Of a DNA stretch of 64,000 nucleotides, positions 44,513 to 53,414 are shown piece after piece. Position 1 is the first letter of the stretch. Every line of letters starts with the position of its first letter. Below the pieces are notes generated by a model that worked only from the letters and a program-made list of their open reading frames with translations, had not been told where the DNA came from and did no database searches. Made by a program: the position numbers and the translations under genes. The stretch is from the NCBI GenBank assembly GCA_944391115.1, contig CALXSJ010000003.1:167574-231573 (forward strand). The letters run 5' to 3'. The stretch is from an uncultured Victivallales bacterium. Its GTDB lineage: Bacteria; Verrucomicrobiota; Lentisphaeria; Victivallales; UBA1829.

Positions 44513-45409
44513 ATGTTGCTCAACCCAGGGAAAATACGCGGCATGAAAGGACAGTTTGAAGTCATATCCACCGAAGAGGATCAATACAATACGACACTGT
44601 ATGAGAGCAGTCTGACCCTGACTTTTTCCATTGACGGAGTACCGTCGACCCTCTCCTCCACACTCTACAACTACGGAATCACTTCCCGGCAGAAACAAAG
44701 ACAGTTCCAGCATTTCGCCGCGCCGTTTCCACGCTTTTTCCTTTTTGAAAGCGCGGGAGGGATTTTGGAGGATGGATGCGGAACGGAGTATTTTCTTCGT
44801 CCCGGGCAGCGCTATATCATTACTTCAGGGCATCCCTTTTTCATCACTTATCTGCCGGGATCGCTGTATTATCACGCCCATTTCGGCGTGCAGGACTGGA
44901 CCGGGCAGCAGCTCTTCCGCCATGCTCCGCTGCTTCTGGAGTTTCCCTCGCCGGACGACGAAATGATTCTCCGGCATGTCTGGAAATCCAGATATGCCGG
45001 CGGAGTGCTGGCAATTCTGGCCCAAATTCAGGTAGAGTATCTGCATCGGGACTGGAAGGAATTTCACAGCGAATATGAGCTGTATTCGAAATTCCAGGTG
45101 CTTTTCCCCCTGCTCAAAACGATACCGCCGGCACAGTTGCGGGTGGAAGCACTGGCGGAAGCCATGAACATGGCGAGGGCGGCATTTTCCCGCAGTTTCA
45201 GCTCCACGCTTGGCATCACCCCGAAGGAGTTCCTGCGCCAGTATTACCTGTCCCGCGCGGGGGAGCTGCTCTGTCATTCCGGAGCCTCCATTGCAAAGAT
45301 CGCCCATATGCTGGGACATAACGACACTCATAATTTTTTTCATGTGTTCAAACGAATTACCGGCATGACGCCTGCGGAATACCGCAGAACCCGCAGAAAA
45401 ACAAACTGA
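44513..45409 (+). CDS. AraC-family transcriptional regulator
   Basis: C-terminal double HTH (EALAEAMNMARAAFSRSFSSTLGITPKEF...IAKIAHMLGHNDTHNFFHVFKRITGMTPAEYRR). The start is uncertain (44513 or 44543). Confidence 0.85.
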   Translation: MLLNPGKIRGMKGQFEVISTEEDQYNTTLYESSLTLTFSIDGVPSTLSSTLYNYGITSRQKQRQFQHFAAPFPRFFLFESAGGILEDGCGTEYFLRPGQRYIITSGHPFFITYLPGSLYYHAHFGVQDWTGQQLFRHAPLLLEFPSPDDEMILRHVWKSRYAGGVLAILAQIQVEYLHRDWKEFHSEYELYSKFQVLFPLLKTIPPAQLRVEALAEAMNMARAAFSRSFSSTLGITPKEFLRQYYLSRAGELLCHSGASIAKIAHMLGHNDTHNFFHVFKRITGMTPAEYRRTRRKTN

Positions 45410-45519
45410 TTTCACTTCCCGTGAAATCCTCTTGCTTCCATCTTTCCAAATCCCCCGTTTTTTTCTTTCCGGAAATCCATGATGTTACAAAATTACACTA
45501 TATTATATCTTTTTTACAG

Positions 45520-45548
45520 TTGACGATTCCGGGGAAATGCGTTATAAT
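45520..45548 (+). promoter_or_regulatory. near-consensus sigma70 promoter for module 3 operon
   Basis: TTGACG (45520-25), 17 nt, TATAAT (45543-48). Confidence 0.6.
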
Positions 45549-45582
45549 TTAACCGGAAAGACAGGTGGGGAACAGGCTTTCC

Positions 45583-45659
45583 GGGAGATTCCATGAGGAA
45601 CTGCAATCACAGAATCTGCAATGCAGTTGAAGCGGAGGGAGATTCCATGAGGAACTGCA
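45583..45659 (+). repeat. 23-nt direct repeat duplicating the RBS+ATG of the pseudopilin-like gene
   Basis: GGGAGATTCCATGAGGAACTGCA occurs at 45583-45605 and again at 45637-45659, 54 nt apart and in frame. The inverted repeat AACTGCA (45599-605) / TGCAGTT (45622-628) lies between them. Confidence 0.9.
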
Positions 45660-46327
45660 GAGGACGGGAAAACGGAAGATTTACATTGATAGAGCTTTTA
45701 ATTGTCATTGCAATCATTGCAATTCTGGCAGCCCTGCTGCTGCCGGCCTTGAACAAGGCGAGAATGGTTTCTCTCCGGATAGACTGCATGTCCAGGGAAC
45801 GTCAGCTGGGAGTGGCGTTCCAGCTTTACGCGGACAACTTCGGCGGATATCTGCCAGCCTACCTCAATTATTCCGACAGCAAAACTGTTCTGGGATATCG
45901 CTGGATCGACGTGCTTGTGAAAAACATGCCGGACATCATAAAAAACGGCAGCGACCGCAGATATGTCTGCAAATCAATCCCGGAACTGCGGGAGATCTTC
46001 AGCGCCTGGGCGATCAACTGCACGGTCACGGGAAGTGTTTCCGCCGCCGGGCCGATGTCTCCGGAAGCCGTTCCCCTGCATCGCCTGAAGTCCGCTTCCC
46101 GGACCTGCATCATCACGGATGGCCGGAAAGGGTATGAAGGCCTGAACTATCCTGACCGCTTCCGCCCCGGCTATGAGTATCGCTCGGTGGAATACCGTCA
46201 TGAAAAGGGGGCTGATTTTCTTTTTGCGGACGGGCATACCGCTTATGCCATTCCCAATTACGCCACCGGTTTTTCCGCGGATTTTATCGCCGGCATCGAC
46301 AAGAACGACGGAAAATTGTATGAATAA
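45593..46327 (+). CDS. prepilin-type N-terminal helix / H-X9-DG family pseudopilin-like protein
   Basis: [24 protein letters not shown] and H-EKGADFLFA-DG (exact H-X9-DG). An alternative start at 45647 has an identical RBS context. Confidence 0.85.
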   Translation: MRNCNHRICNAVEAEGDSMRNCRGRENGRFTLIELLIVIAIIAILAALLLPALNKARMVSLRIDCMSRERQLGVAFQLYADNFGGYLPAYLNYSDSKTVLGYRWIDVLVKNMPDIIKNGSDRRYVCKSIPELREIFSAWAINCTVTGSVSAAGPMSPEAVPLHRLKSASRTCIITDGRKGYEGLNYPDRFRPGYEYRSVEYRHEKGADFLFADGHTAYAIPNYATGFSADFIAGIDKNDGKLYE

Positions 46328-46362
46328 CAGAAACTTCTGATGAATGCGGAAAGGAATAATGC

Positions 46363-49233
46363 ATGAAATCACCCGTGATTCTGCTTGCCGCGGGAGCGCT
46401 TGTTTTCGGTGCTCATGCGGGAGACCTGCTCTTCGGCAACGGAAAAACCGCCTGGAAAATTGTCATTCCCGCCAAAGCCGCCGCTCCGGAACAGTATGCC
46501 GCGGAGGAGCTGAAAAACACACTGAGGAAGATTTCCGGCGCAGATTTCATCATTCGGAAAGATGACTCTCCCGCCGGGAAAAGAAACATCGTCATCGGTT
46601 CTCCTTCCACCTCTCCGGCGGTCCGGAAACTGGAGAAGCCGCTTCAGCTCCGCAGGGACGATGCCGATATGCTTTCCGTGCGGACCCTGAACGGCAACCT
46701 CTATCTGACCGGCAGCCATCCGCGCGGCGCACTTTACGCCGTTTACTCTTTCCTGACCGGACCGCTGGAGGTCCGCTGGTTCTGGCCGGGCGACGGCGGC
46801 GAATTCATTCCCGCACGGAAAAGTTTTGAACTGCCGGATTTGAACTTCACCTATCGTCCGCCGTTCCGCTACCGGGTGATGGAGCTGACCTACACCCATC
46901 TGCATCTTCCCACGGAAGCCTGGCTGGCGCGGAACTTCATGAACATGGGTTCCCGCACCCGCAAGTTCCGCGATCAGGCCGGATTTGTGGCGAACACTCC
47001 CGCCGGGCACGCGGTCTGCATTCCCGGCGGCGACATCCGGAAGCGTTTTGCCGAGCATCCGGAGCAGTTTGCCCTGGTTGACGGGAAACGCAGCATTTAC
47101 GGTTTCTCCGGCTGCTGGTCGAATCCGGATTTCACGAAGGAGGTGCTGGAAAGACTGGACGAGGCCGTCTTCCTGTCCAGGGGGAAAATGCTTTGCACTT
47201 ATCCCGCGGATACGCCGCACCGGTGCTCGTGTGAAAAATGCACGGCGATCCATCCGGATCCGTCATCCCGCTGGTTTGTGTATTATGAGAAGCTGATGAA
47301 AGAGCTGCGCAGGCAGTATCCGGATCTCAAGTTTGCAAGCATTGCCTATCAGGAATATCAGAAGGTGCCGCAGACGCCGGTCCGCGGGCTGGAATATGTG
47401 GCCTACTGCCAGTATGACCGCTGCTTCATTCACGGACTGCATGATCCGGATTGCAAATCCAACCGCGACAGCGTCGCCACGCTGAAACGCTGGCAGGAAA
47501 AAACTCCGATGGGGATTTACGGGTATGAGTTCTGCGCGCTGAACAAGCCCATGTACATGCCGATCTGGAATGTCATCGCCGATGAGATGAAGGTGTACCG
47601 CGATATGAAAATGGTCTATATGAAAACCGAAATGCCGACTCAGTATCCGAAAAATGCGCGCCGCGCGGAGCTGAAACCTCAGATTTACCGTCTCGCCTAC
47701 TACATGTACGTCCGGCTGATGTGGAATCCTGATGCGGATGTCAATGCTCTGCTCCGCGACTGGTGCGACAAGGTCTACGGTCCGGCAGGAAAGGCCCTGT
47801 TCGCCTATCACAGACGCATGGCGGAGGCGTGGGACAACTGCCCCGGTCATACCGGTTACCTGGGCAATTCCGTTGGAACCCTCGCGAAAAACATGCTGAA
47901 TCCCGAAGTGATCCAGTTCTGCCGCGACCGGTTCAACGCCGCGGACAAGGCCGTGCGGAACCTGGCGGACGCCCGTCTCCGGAAACGCTGTCAGGAGGAG
48001 GTCGATCTGGAAAAGGAGCTGTTCCGCAACTGGGTGAAGGAGTATCATCTTTCCCTCGATGGCGCGCTGAGCGTCAATCTGCCCCGCCATCCGGCGGGAA
48101 CGGATTTCGCTTCTCTTCCGGAACTTCATGTGACCGGCCGTGCCGGGGATCAGCCTCTGCCGACGGAGATGCGCATGTACTGGTCGGAACAGGGGCTGCA
48201 CATTCAGATGATCGCAGGAGACTCCGCGATGAAAAACCTCCGCAAAGGTTCCCGCAGGCGTGACGCCTCCGGGAAGGACGCCGACAGAATCGAGGTTGCG
48301 ATCGACCTGAATGACAATTCCCCGTCCCGCCGCTTCTGCGTGAACGCCGCCGGCGGCATCTGCGACGCCCTCGGCGCGGATCCCGCCTGGAATCCCGACT
48401 GGAAAAGTTCCGTCAAACTGGAAAAGGACCGCTGGATTGCCGAAATGACGATTCCGTTCCGTGCGCTGGGCGCGAGTGCGCCGGAAGAGGGGCGGTATTG
48501 GAAGATCAGCATTGTGCGGCACGGAAGGAACGCCGTCTGCGGATTTCCGTCTCCTGTCGACCGGAATCTTTCGCAGGGAGCGAATGTCTTCTTCTCGAAA
48601 AAAAGTTCATGGGATGACAAGCTGGTCTGGATTTCTATTTCGAATCACAGATTTACCATTGTGAAGGGAGCTCTCCAGAAAGACGGCTGGCTCGCGAAAG
48701 GCTATCCGGGACCGGAGGGTGTCATGAACATTGACACGTCCGATGCCAGGATGTTCTTCATCGAGACCTTCCGGAATGACATGCCCCGGGAATTCTATGA
48801 ACAGAAGCTGATTCCCGCGGTGAAGAACGGCGCGGTCGCGGTTTTCAACTGCTATTACGGAGTGGAAAAGCTGCATGTCAATTTCAATGATCCGACCTAC
48901 AAGATGGTCTTCCGGCCGGATATTCCCAAAATCCGGCGTCCGAGCTGGGTGACCGGGAGCTCCTTCGCGACCACGCCCAACAAAATCAGCCTCTCCAGAT
49001 GGCAGACGCCTCCGGGCAATCTGATTCCGGCGCATCCGGAAAGCTGGGAAATTCTGGCGAAACAGCTTAACAGCAAAGGGGATAAGGATTATCCCATCAT
49101 GATGGCGCGTCCGCTGGGAAAGGGGATGATTCTGCTGGTCGGGACTCTCAGACCCTACCAGATTCCCCTCATTCTGGCGAATGCCCGGGAATACAACAAG
49201 GTCATTTCCCGCAAAAGCGCCGGAACGGAATAA
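46363..49233 (+). CDS. secreted DUF4838-like protein + CBM9-like + C-terminal GH42M/GATase1-like domain (paralog b)
   Basis: Signal peptide MKSPVILLAAGALVFGAHA. Paralog motif CSCEKCTAIH...SIAYQ. CBM9-like block (WIAEMTIPFRALG). The C-terminal ~200 aa are homologous to the next ORF. Confidence 0.6.
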   Translation: MKSPVILLAAGALVFGAHAGDLLFGNGKTAWKIVIPAKAAAPEQYAAEELKNTLRKISGADFIIRKDDSPAGKRNIVIGSPSTSPAVRKLEKPLQLRRDDADMLSVRTLNGNLYLTGSHPRGALYAVYSFLTGPLEVRWFWPGDGGEFIPARKSFELPDLNFTYRPPFRYRVMELTYTHLHLPTEAWLARNFMNMGSRTRKFRDQAGFVANTPAGHAVCIPGGDIRKRFAEHPEQFALVDGKRSIYGFSGCWSNPDFTKEVLERLDEAVFLSRGKMLCTYPADTPHRCSCEKCTAIHPDPSSRWFVYYEKLMKELRRQYPDLKFASIAYQEYQKVPQTPVRGLEYVAYCQYDRCFIHGLHDPDCKSNRDSVATLKRWQEKTPMGIYGYEFCALNKPMYMPIWNVIADEMKVYRDMKMVYMKTEMPTQYPKNARRAELKPQIYRLAYYMYVRLMWNPDADVNALLRDWCDKVYGPAGKALFAYHRRMAEAWDNCPGHTGYLGNSVGTLAKNMLNPEVIQFCRDRFNAADKAVRNLADARLRKRCQEEVDLEKELFRNWVKEYHLSLDGALSVNLPRHPAGTDFASLPELHVTGRAGDQPLPTEMRMYWSEQGLHIQMIAGDSAMKNLRKGSRRRDASGKDADRIEVAIDLNDNSPSRRFCVNAAGGICDALGADPAWNPDWKSSVKLEKDRWIAEMTIPFRALGASAPEEGRYWKISIVRHGRNAVCGFPSPVDRNLSQGANVFFSKKSSWDDKLVWISISNHRFTIVKGALQKDGWLAKGYPGPEGVMNIDTSDARMFFIETFRNDMPREFYEQKLIPAVKNGAVAVFNCYYGVEKLHVNFNDPTYKMVFRPDIPKIRRPSWVTGSSFATTPNKISLSRWQTPPGNLIPAHPESWEILAKQLNSKGDKDYPIMMARPLGKGMILLVGTLRPYQIPLILANAREYNKVISRKSAGTE

Positions 49234-49313
49234 AAGGATGAAGCGGAACGCCGGGACGGGATTCCGTTTTTCCGGATTTTCCGGATCGTCAAAAACAGAA
49301 AGGATGTTTCACT

Positions 49314-50036
49314 ATGGAGAAAATCATGCGGGGGCTGATTCTGGGATTCGCCTGTGTTCTGCTTTCATCCGCGGCTCCGGCGGCGGAGCAGGGGGGGAAT
49401 GCCCCCCGGACCGGACGCCTGCTCTGGATCGACAGTCCGAACGGCAGACTGGCCCTCTACAACCGGATCAAGGCGCAGCTGCGGAAGGACGGCTGGGAAA
49501 CCGCCGGCTGTTCCGGAATGGCGGGCGCGGAGAAAGCGGACCTTTCGAAAGCGGATCTGATCTGCATCGAAACCTTCCGGAACAATCTCTCCAAGGATTT
49601 CTATCTGCGGAAACTGGCGCCCGCTGTGAAGAACGGCGCAGTGCTGGTTCTCCGCTGCTACCACGGCATCGAGAAACTGCATTACTATTTCCGGAACTAT
49701 GACTTCGAGGTCGTGTTCCGGGAAGATGTGAACAAAAAACGGCGCCCGAGCTGGGTCACTTCCAGTTCCTTTGTCCGGGTCCCCCGCAAGCTTGATCTGG
49801 AAAACTGGCAGACGCCTCCGGGCATCTTCATTCCCGATGAGCTCGAAGGCTGGGATGTGCTTGCACGACAGTTCAATGCCTCGGGCGACAAGGAATATCC
49901 CTTTATCATGGCGCGCTCCTGGGGCAGAGGCATGGTCGTCATGACCGGGGCGATCCGACCGGACAATATGGCTCCTTTCCTGCTGAATGCCTATGAATAC
50001 CGCAAGGCGGTCAAACGGAAGCAGGCGGAGAAATAA
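49314..50036 (+). CDS. secreted stand-alone homolog of the C-terminal domain of the preceding protein
   Basis: CIETFRNNLSKDFYLRKLAPAVKNGAVLVLRCYHGIEKLH...RRPSWVT.SSF...WQTPPG aligns with FIETFRNDMPREFYEQKLIPAVKNGAVAVFNCYYGVEKLH...RRPSWVT.SSF...WQTPPG. Alternative start at 49326. Confidence 0.65.
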   Translation: MEKIMRGLILGFACVLLSSAAPAAEQGGNAPRTGRLLWIDSPNGRLALYNRIKAQLRKDGWETAGCSGMAGAEKADLSKADLICIETFRNNLSKDFYLRKLAPAVKNGAVLVLRCYHGIEKLHYYFRNYDFEVVFREDVNKKRRPSWVTSSSFVRVPRKLDLENWQTPPGIFIPDELEGWDVLARQFNASGDKEYPFIMARSWGRGMVVMTGAIRPDNMAPFLLNAYEYRKAVKRKQAEK

Positions 50037-50142
50037 GGGACTCAGGCGGCGATACGGGAGGCGGCTCTTCCGTCTGCTCATGGGAGAGGCGATCCTGTGC
50101 GGGCGGATCGGCGGCGGGGACGGGAAACACAGGAAACAGGCA

Positions 50143-51468
50143 ATGAATCACTGGAAACCAAATGGCAATTGTTTTGTCGGCGACTGCATGCCGTTCTTCC
50201 GCGACGGCGTGTTTCATCTCTACTATCTGCTGGACATCGGGCATCACAACCATCCGGTTGTCGGTACGCTGGGGGGGCATCAATATGCGCATGCCTCCAG
50301 CTCCGACTTGATCCACTGGAAGCAGGAACCGCTGGCGCTGCCGCTTGATTTTGAACAGGGCGAATGCAGCAACTGCACCGGATCCATGCTGGAATATCAG
50401 GGCAGGGTCTATGCCTTCTATGCCCTGCGCTCCCGTCATTTCAGAGGAGAGCGCATCCGTCTGGCGGTCAGCGACGACGGCGGCATCTCGTTCCGCAAGC
50501 TCCCGCCGCCGGAGATCCCGATGCCGCCCGACTGCCGCGGCTATTTCCGCGACCCGATGGCGTTCATCGGCGAGGACGGCAGGATTCATCTGCTGATCTC
50601 CTCCGGAGCTGAAGCCGTCAGCGGCGGCATTTCCATCCGCAAGGGGGCGGTTGCTCACTACATCACTTCGGATCTGCAGTGTTTCCAGCGCGCAGATGAC
50701 TGGGCCGACTGCTGGTATACTCCTGAATGCTGCGACTATTTCCGCTGGAACGGTCTTTACTATTACACCTTCAACAATATCTGGGAAACCCATGTGCGCT
50801 GTTCGGAAAAACCGTTCGGTCCATGGCGCATTCCCCTTCAGGATGTGCCGGCATCCCAGTACTGCTGCGTCATGAAAAGTGCTCCGTGGAAAGACGGACG
50901 CCGGATCGGCGTCGGCTGGGTTCCGTCCTGGGAGGCTGGGGGGATGTCTTTCGGCGGACCTGTCTTCGGAGGCAGGACGGTTTTCCGCGAGATGGTTCAG
51001 GAAGCGGACGGTTCGCTGGGAACCCGGTTCGTGGAGGAAATGATTCCCGGGCGCGGGGAAAAAACGTTTCCCGATGCGGTCCTGGCGTCGGAGAAGGGCA
51101 TTGATGTCTGCTGTCCGGGCATATTCGCGCGGGATTTCCGGCTGGACGGTGAAGTGGCTTTCCAACCGGGGACCCGTGAATTCGGTCTGATGATTGCTGA
51201 CAGGGATCAGAATCAGCGCAGATATGTTTCGTTTTATCCGGATCTCGGCATCGTGGAACTGGACCGGCATGCCCGCATCTGCCGTGTGCCGATGAATGAG
51301 CGGAAAGTTTCCTTCCGGTTGGTTCGGACGGAGGATGTGATCGATCTGGAAATCGACGGGCATCGCACGGTTGTCACGGGAAGAACGGATTTCCCGGAGA
51401 GCCTTACGGTCCTCTACGTCAGGGAGGGAGCCGCACACTTCAGGCGTCTCAGGCTGTTTGTCCGGTGA
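50143..51468 (+). CDS. GH32-like (clan GH-J) glycoside hydrolase, cytoplasmic, divergent N-terminal motif
   Basis: FVGDCMPFFRDGVFHLYYL (in place of WMNDPNG...YHLFYQ), YFRDPMAF (RDP motif), TPECCDYF (EC motif). ATG at 50143; the ORF-track start at 49987 overlaps the upstream gene. Confidence 0.55.
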   Translation: MNHWKPNGNCFVGDCMPFFRDGVFHLYYLLDIGHHNHPVVGTLGGHQYAHASSSDLIHWKQEPLALPLDFEQGECSNCTGSMLEYQGRVYAFYALRSRHFRGERIRLAVSDDGGISFRKLPPPEIPMPPDCRGYFRDPMAFIGEDGRIHLLISSGAEAVSGGISIRKGAVAHYITSDLQCFQRADDWADCWYTPECCDYFRWNGLYYYTFNNIWETHVRCSEKPFGPWRIPLQDVPASQYCCVMKSAPWKDGRRIGVGWVPSWEAGGMSFGGPVFGGRTVFREMVQEADGSLGTRFVEEMIPGRGEKTFPDAVLASEKGIDVCCPGIFARDFRLDGEVAFQPGTREFGLMIADRDQNQRRYVSFYPDLGIVELDRHARICRVPMNERKVSFRLVRTEDVIDLEIDGHRTVVTGRTDFPESLTVLYVREGAAHFRRLRLFVR

Positions 51469-51570
51469 GACCGGTTTCTGCAGCCATGGCAGACATGATT
51501 GCGGAAACGGCAAAGACGTTGTTTCAAGAAGGTTGTCATTTGGGGAAAATTAACAGGAGAAGGAGGATGC

Positions 51571-53412
51571 ATGAATCTGAAAAACACTCTTCTAGCGGCG
51601 GCGCTGGCATGCTGCAGTGCGGGGATCGGCGCCGAGCCCCCGTTCCGGCAGACTTATCCGCTGGACCCGGTCAAGCTGAAAAACATGTTCGACAAGGCGG
51701 CGGAAGACACCGCGAAAGCGCCTGCGGCGTGGCGAAAACTGCCGCTGGCGTATTATGTGGTCCCTCCGCTGAGTCATATCCCGCGCATGCCGGACGAGTA
51801 TCCGCAGGACGGCGCCGCGTTCGGAACGCTGGAGATCATTGCGGCGCAGGGGGAATACGAACCCGCCTCTTTCCAGCTCTTTCCGAAACAGAATTTTGAC
51901 AATGTGACGCTGAAGGCGACAGATCTCCGTGCCGCGTCCGGAGCGGTGATTCCGGCTTCGGAAATTGATCTCAAGGTGGTCAAGCTCTGGTATCAGGCCG
52001 GTTCGGCCTGGTGCGGTTTCTTTGCCGACGCCCTGGGACGCAGACTCATTCCGGAACTGCTGCTGAATGACGAGACCCTGATCCGCGCCGACAGCCGCAC
52101 GCAGGACAACTATGTCCGCTACACCAATCTCAACGGGACCAGCCGCTATGCATGGATGAGCGCAAACTTTTCGGCGGTCAACTACACCTTCGCGAATCAG
52201 GCGAATCAGGCGCTGATCCGTGACGCGGACACTCTGCAGCCAGTTGTTCTCAACCGCGGGGAACTGAAACAGTTCCTGGCGACCGTTCATGTTCCGGAGA
52301 AAACCGGACCGGGCATCTATCACGGCGGAATCGAAGTCTCCGCGGACGGCAGACGCCTGGGAGCCGTTCCCGTGAAAGTCCGGGTACTTCCGTTTGAACT
52401 TCCGCAGGCGAAGAGCAACTACGATCCGGACAAGGGATTCTATCTTTCCCTGTACGGAACCGGCACGAGCAATGTCAAGGTGCTGAAGAATCAGGTCCGG
52501 CACAATGCGCTGGCGGGAGTCGGCGGTTTTCCCGCACTCAGCGGCTTCTGGCATGAGGATACGGTGAAAAATATCGCCCTCGCAAAAGAACTCGGACTTT
52601 CCACCCGGCCGATGTTCGCTTCTGTCGCAGGCTGTTCCCAGCAGCTGGACCCGGAACATCCGACCCCCCTTCAGAAGATCGCCATTCAGACTCTTGCCCG
52701 TGAAATGAAAAGCGTCGCGGAGATCGTGAAGAAGGAACTGGGACACGGCGAGATTTACAGCTACGGCTACGATGAGGCCGGTCCGGACATCATCCGGCGC
52801 GAACGCGCAGCCTGGGAGGCCGTTCATCAGGGAGGGGCGAAAGTCATGGTCACCTGCCGTCCGTGGAGACGGCTGCTCTACAATCTGGACTTCTTCATCC
52901 AGCCGGGAGCTCCCGCTGACCGGAGAACCCGCGAGGCATCGCTGTTCCATGAGGCGAATCCGGATTCCCTGGTCGGATGGTATGCCAACCCGCATACCGG
53001 CCCGGAAAATCCCAACTACTTCCGGCGTCTGCATGGCCTTCTTCCCTATAAGAACAACTACGATTCCAGCACCAACTACAGCTGGTGGCGCAACAACTGG
53101 AATGACATGGCAATCCCTTATGAGTCCTATCTGCGCGGTCTGGTCATTGTATACGGCACGGCGGACAACGTGATCGACACGCTGGCCTGGGAAGGCGTCC
53201 GGGAAGGAATGGACGATGTCAGATATGCAACCTTGCTGAAGCAGCTGGCCCGCAAGGCGATGCAGAGTCCCGACATCGGAAGAGCCACACTCGGCAGACA
53301 GGCCATGGGATTCCTTGCCTTTACCGATGAAAAACGCGACGATCTGGATACGTTCCGTCTGGAATGCATCCGCTACATTCTCCAGCTGCAAAACCTTCTG
53401 AAAGGAAAATAA
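51571..53412 (+). CDS. secreted DUF4091/GH123-like glycoside hydrolase candidate (paralog of 40040-42319)
   Basis: Signal peptide MNLKNTLLAAALACCSAG after the AGGAGAAGGAGG RBS. VKVRVLPFEL and TLAWEGVREGMDDVRY blocks are shared with the module 2 protein. Confidence 0.5.
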   Translation: MNLKNTLLAAALACCSAGIGAEPPFRQTYPLDPVKLKNMFDKAAEDTAKAPAAWRKLPLAYYVVPPLSHIPRMPDEYPQDGAAFGTLEIIAAQGEYEPASFQLFPKQNFDNVTLKATDLRAASGAVIPASEIDLKVVKLWYQAGSAWCGFFADALGRRLIPELLLNDETLIRADSRTQDNYVRYTNLNGTSRYAWMSANFSAVNYTFANQANQALIRDADTLQPVVLNRGELKQFLATVHVPEKTGPGIYHGGIEVSADGRRLGAVPVKVRVLPFELPQAKSNYDPDKGFYLSLYGTGTSNVKVLKNQVRHNALAGVGGFPALSGFWHEDTVKNIALAKELGLSTRPMFASVAGCSQQLDPEHPTPLQKIAIQTLAREMKSVAEIVKKELGHGEIYSYGYDEAGPDIIRRERAAWEAVHQGGAKVMVTCRPWRRLLYNLDFFIQPGAPADRRTREASLFHEANPDSLVGWYANPHTGPENPNYFRRLHGLLPYKNNYDSSTNYSWWRNNWNDMAIPYESYLRGLVIVYGTADNVIDTLAWEGVREGMDDVRYATLLKQLARKAMQSPDIGRATLGRQAMGFLAFTDEKRDDLDTFRLECIRYILQLQNLLKGK

Positions 53413-53414
53413 GC

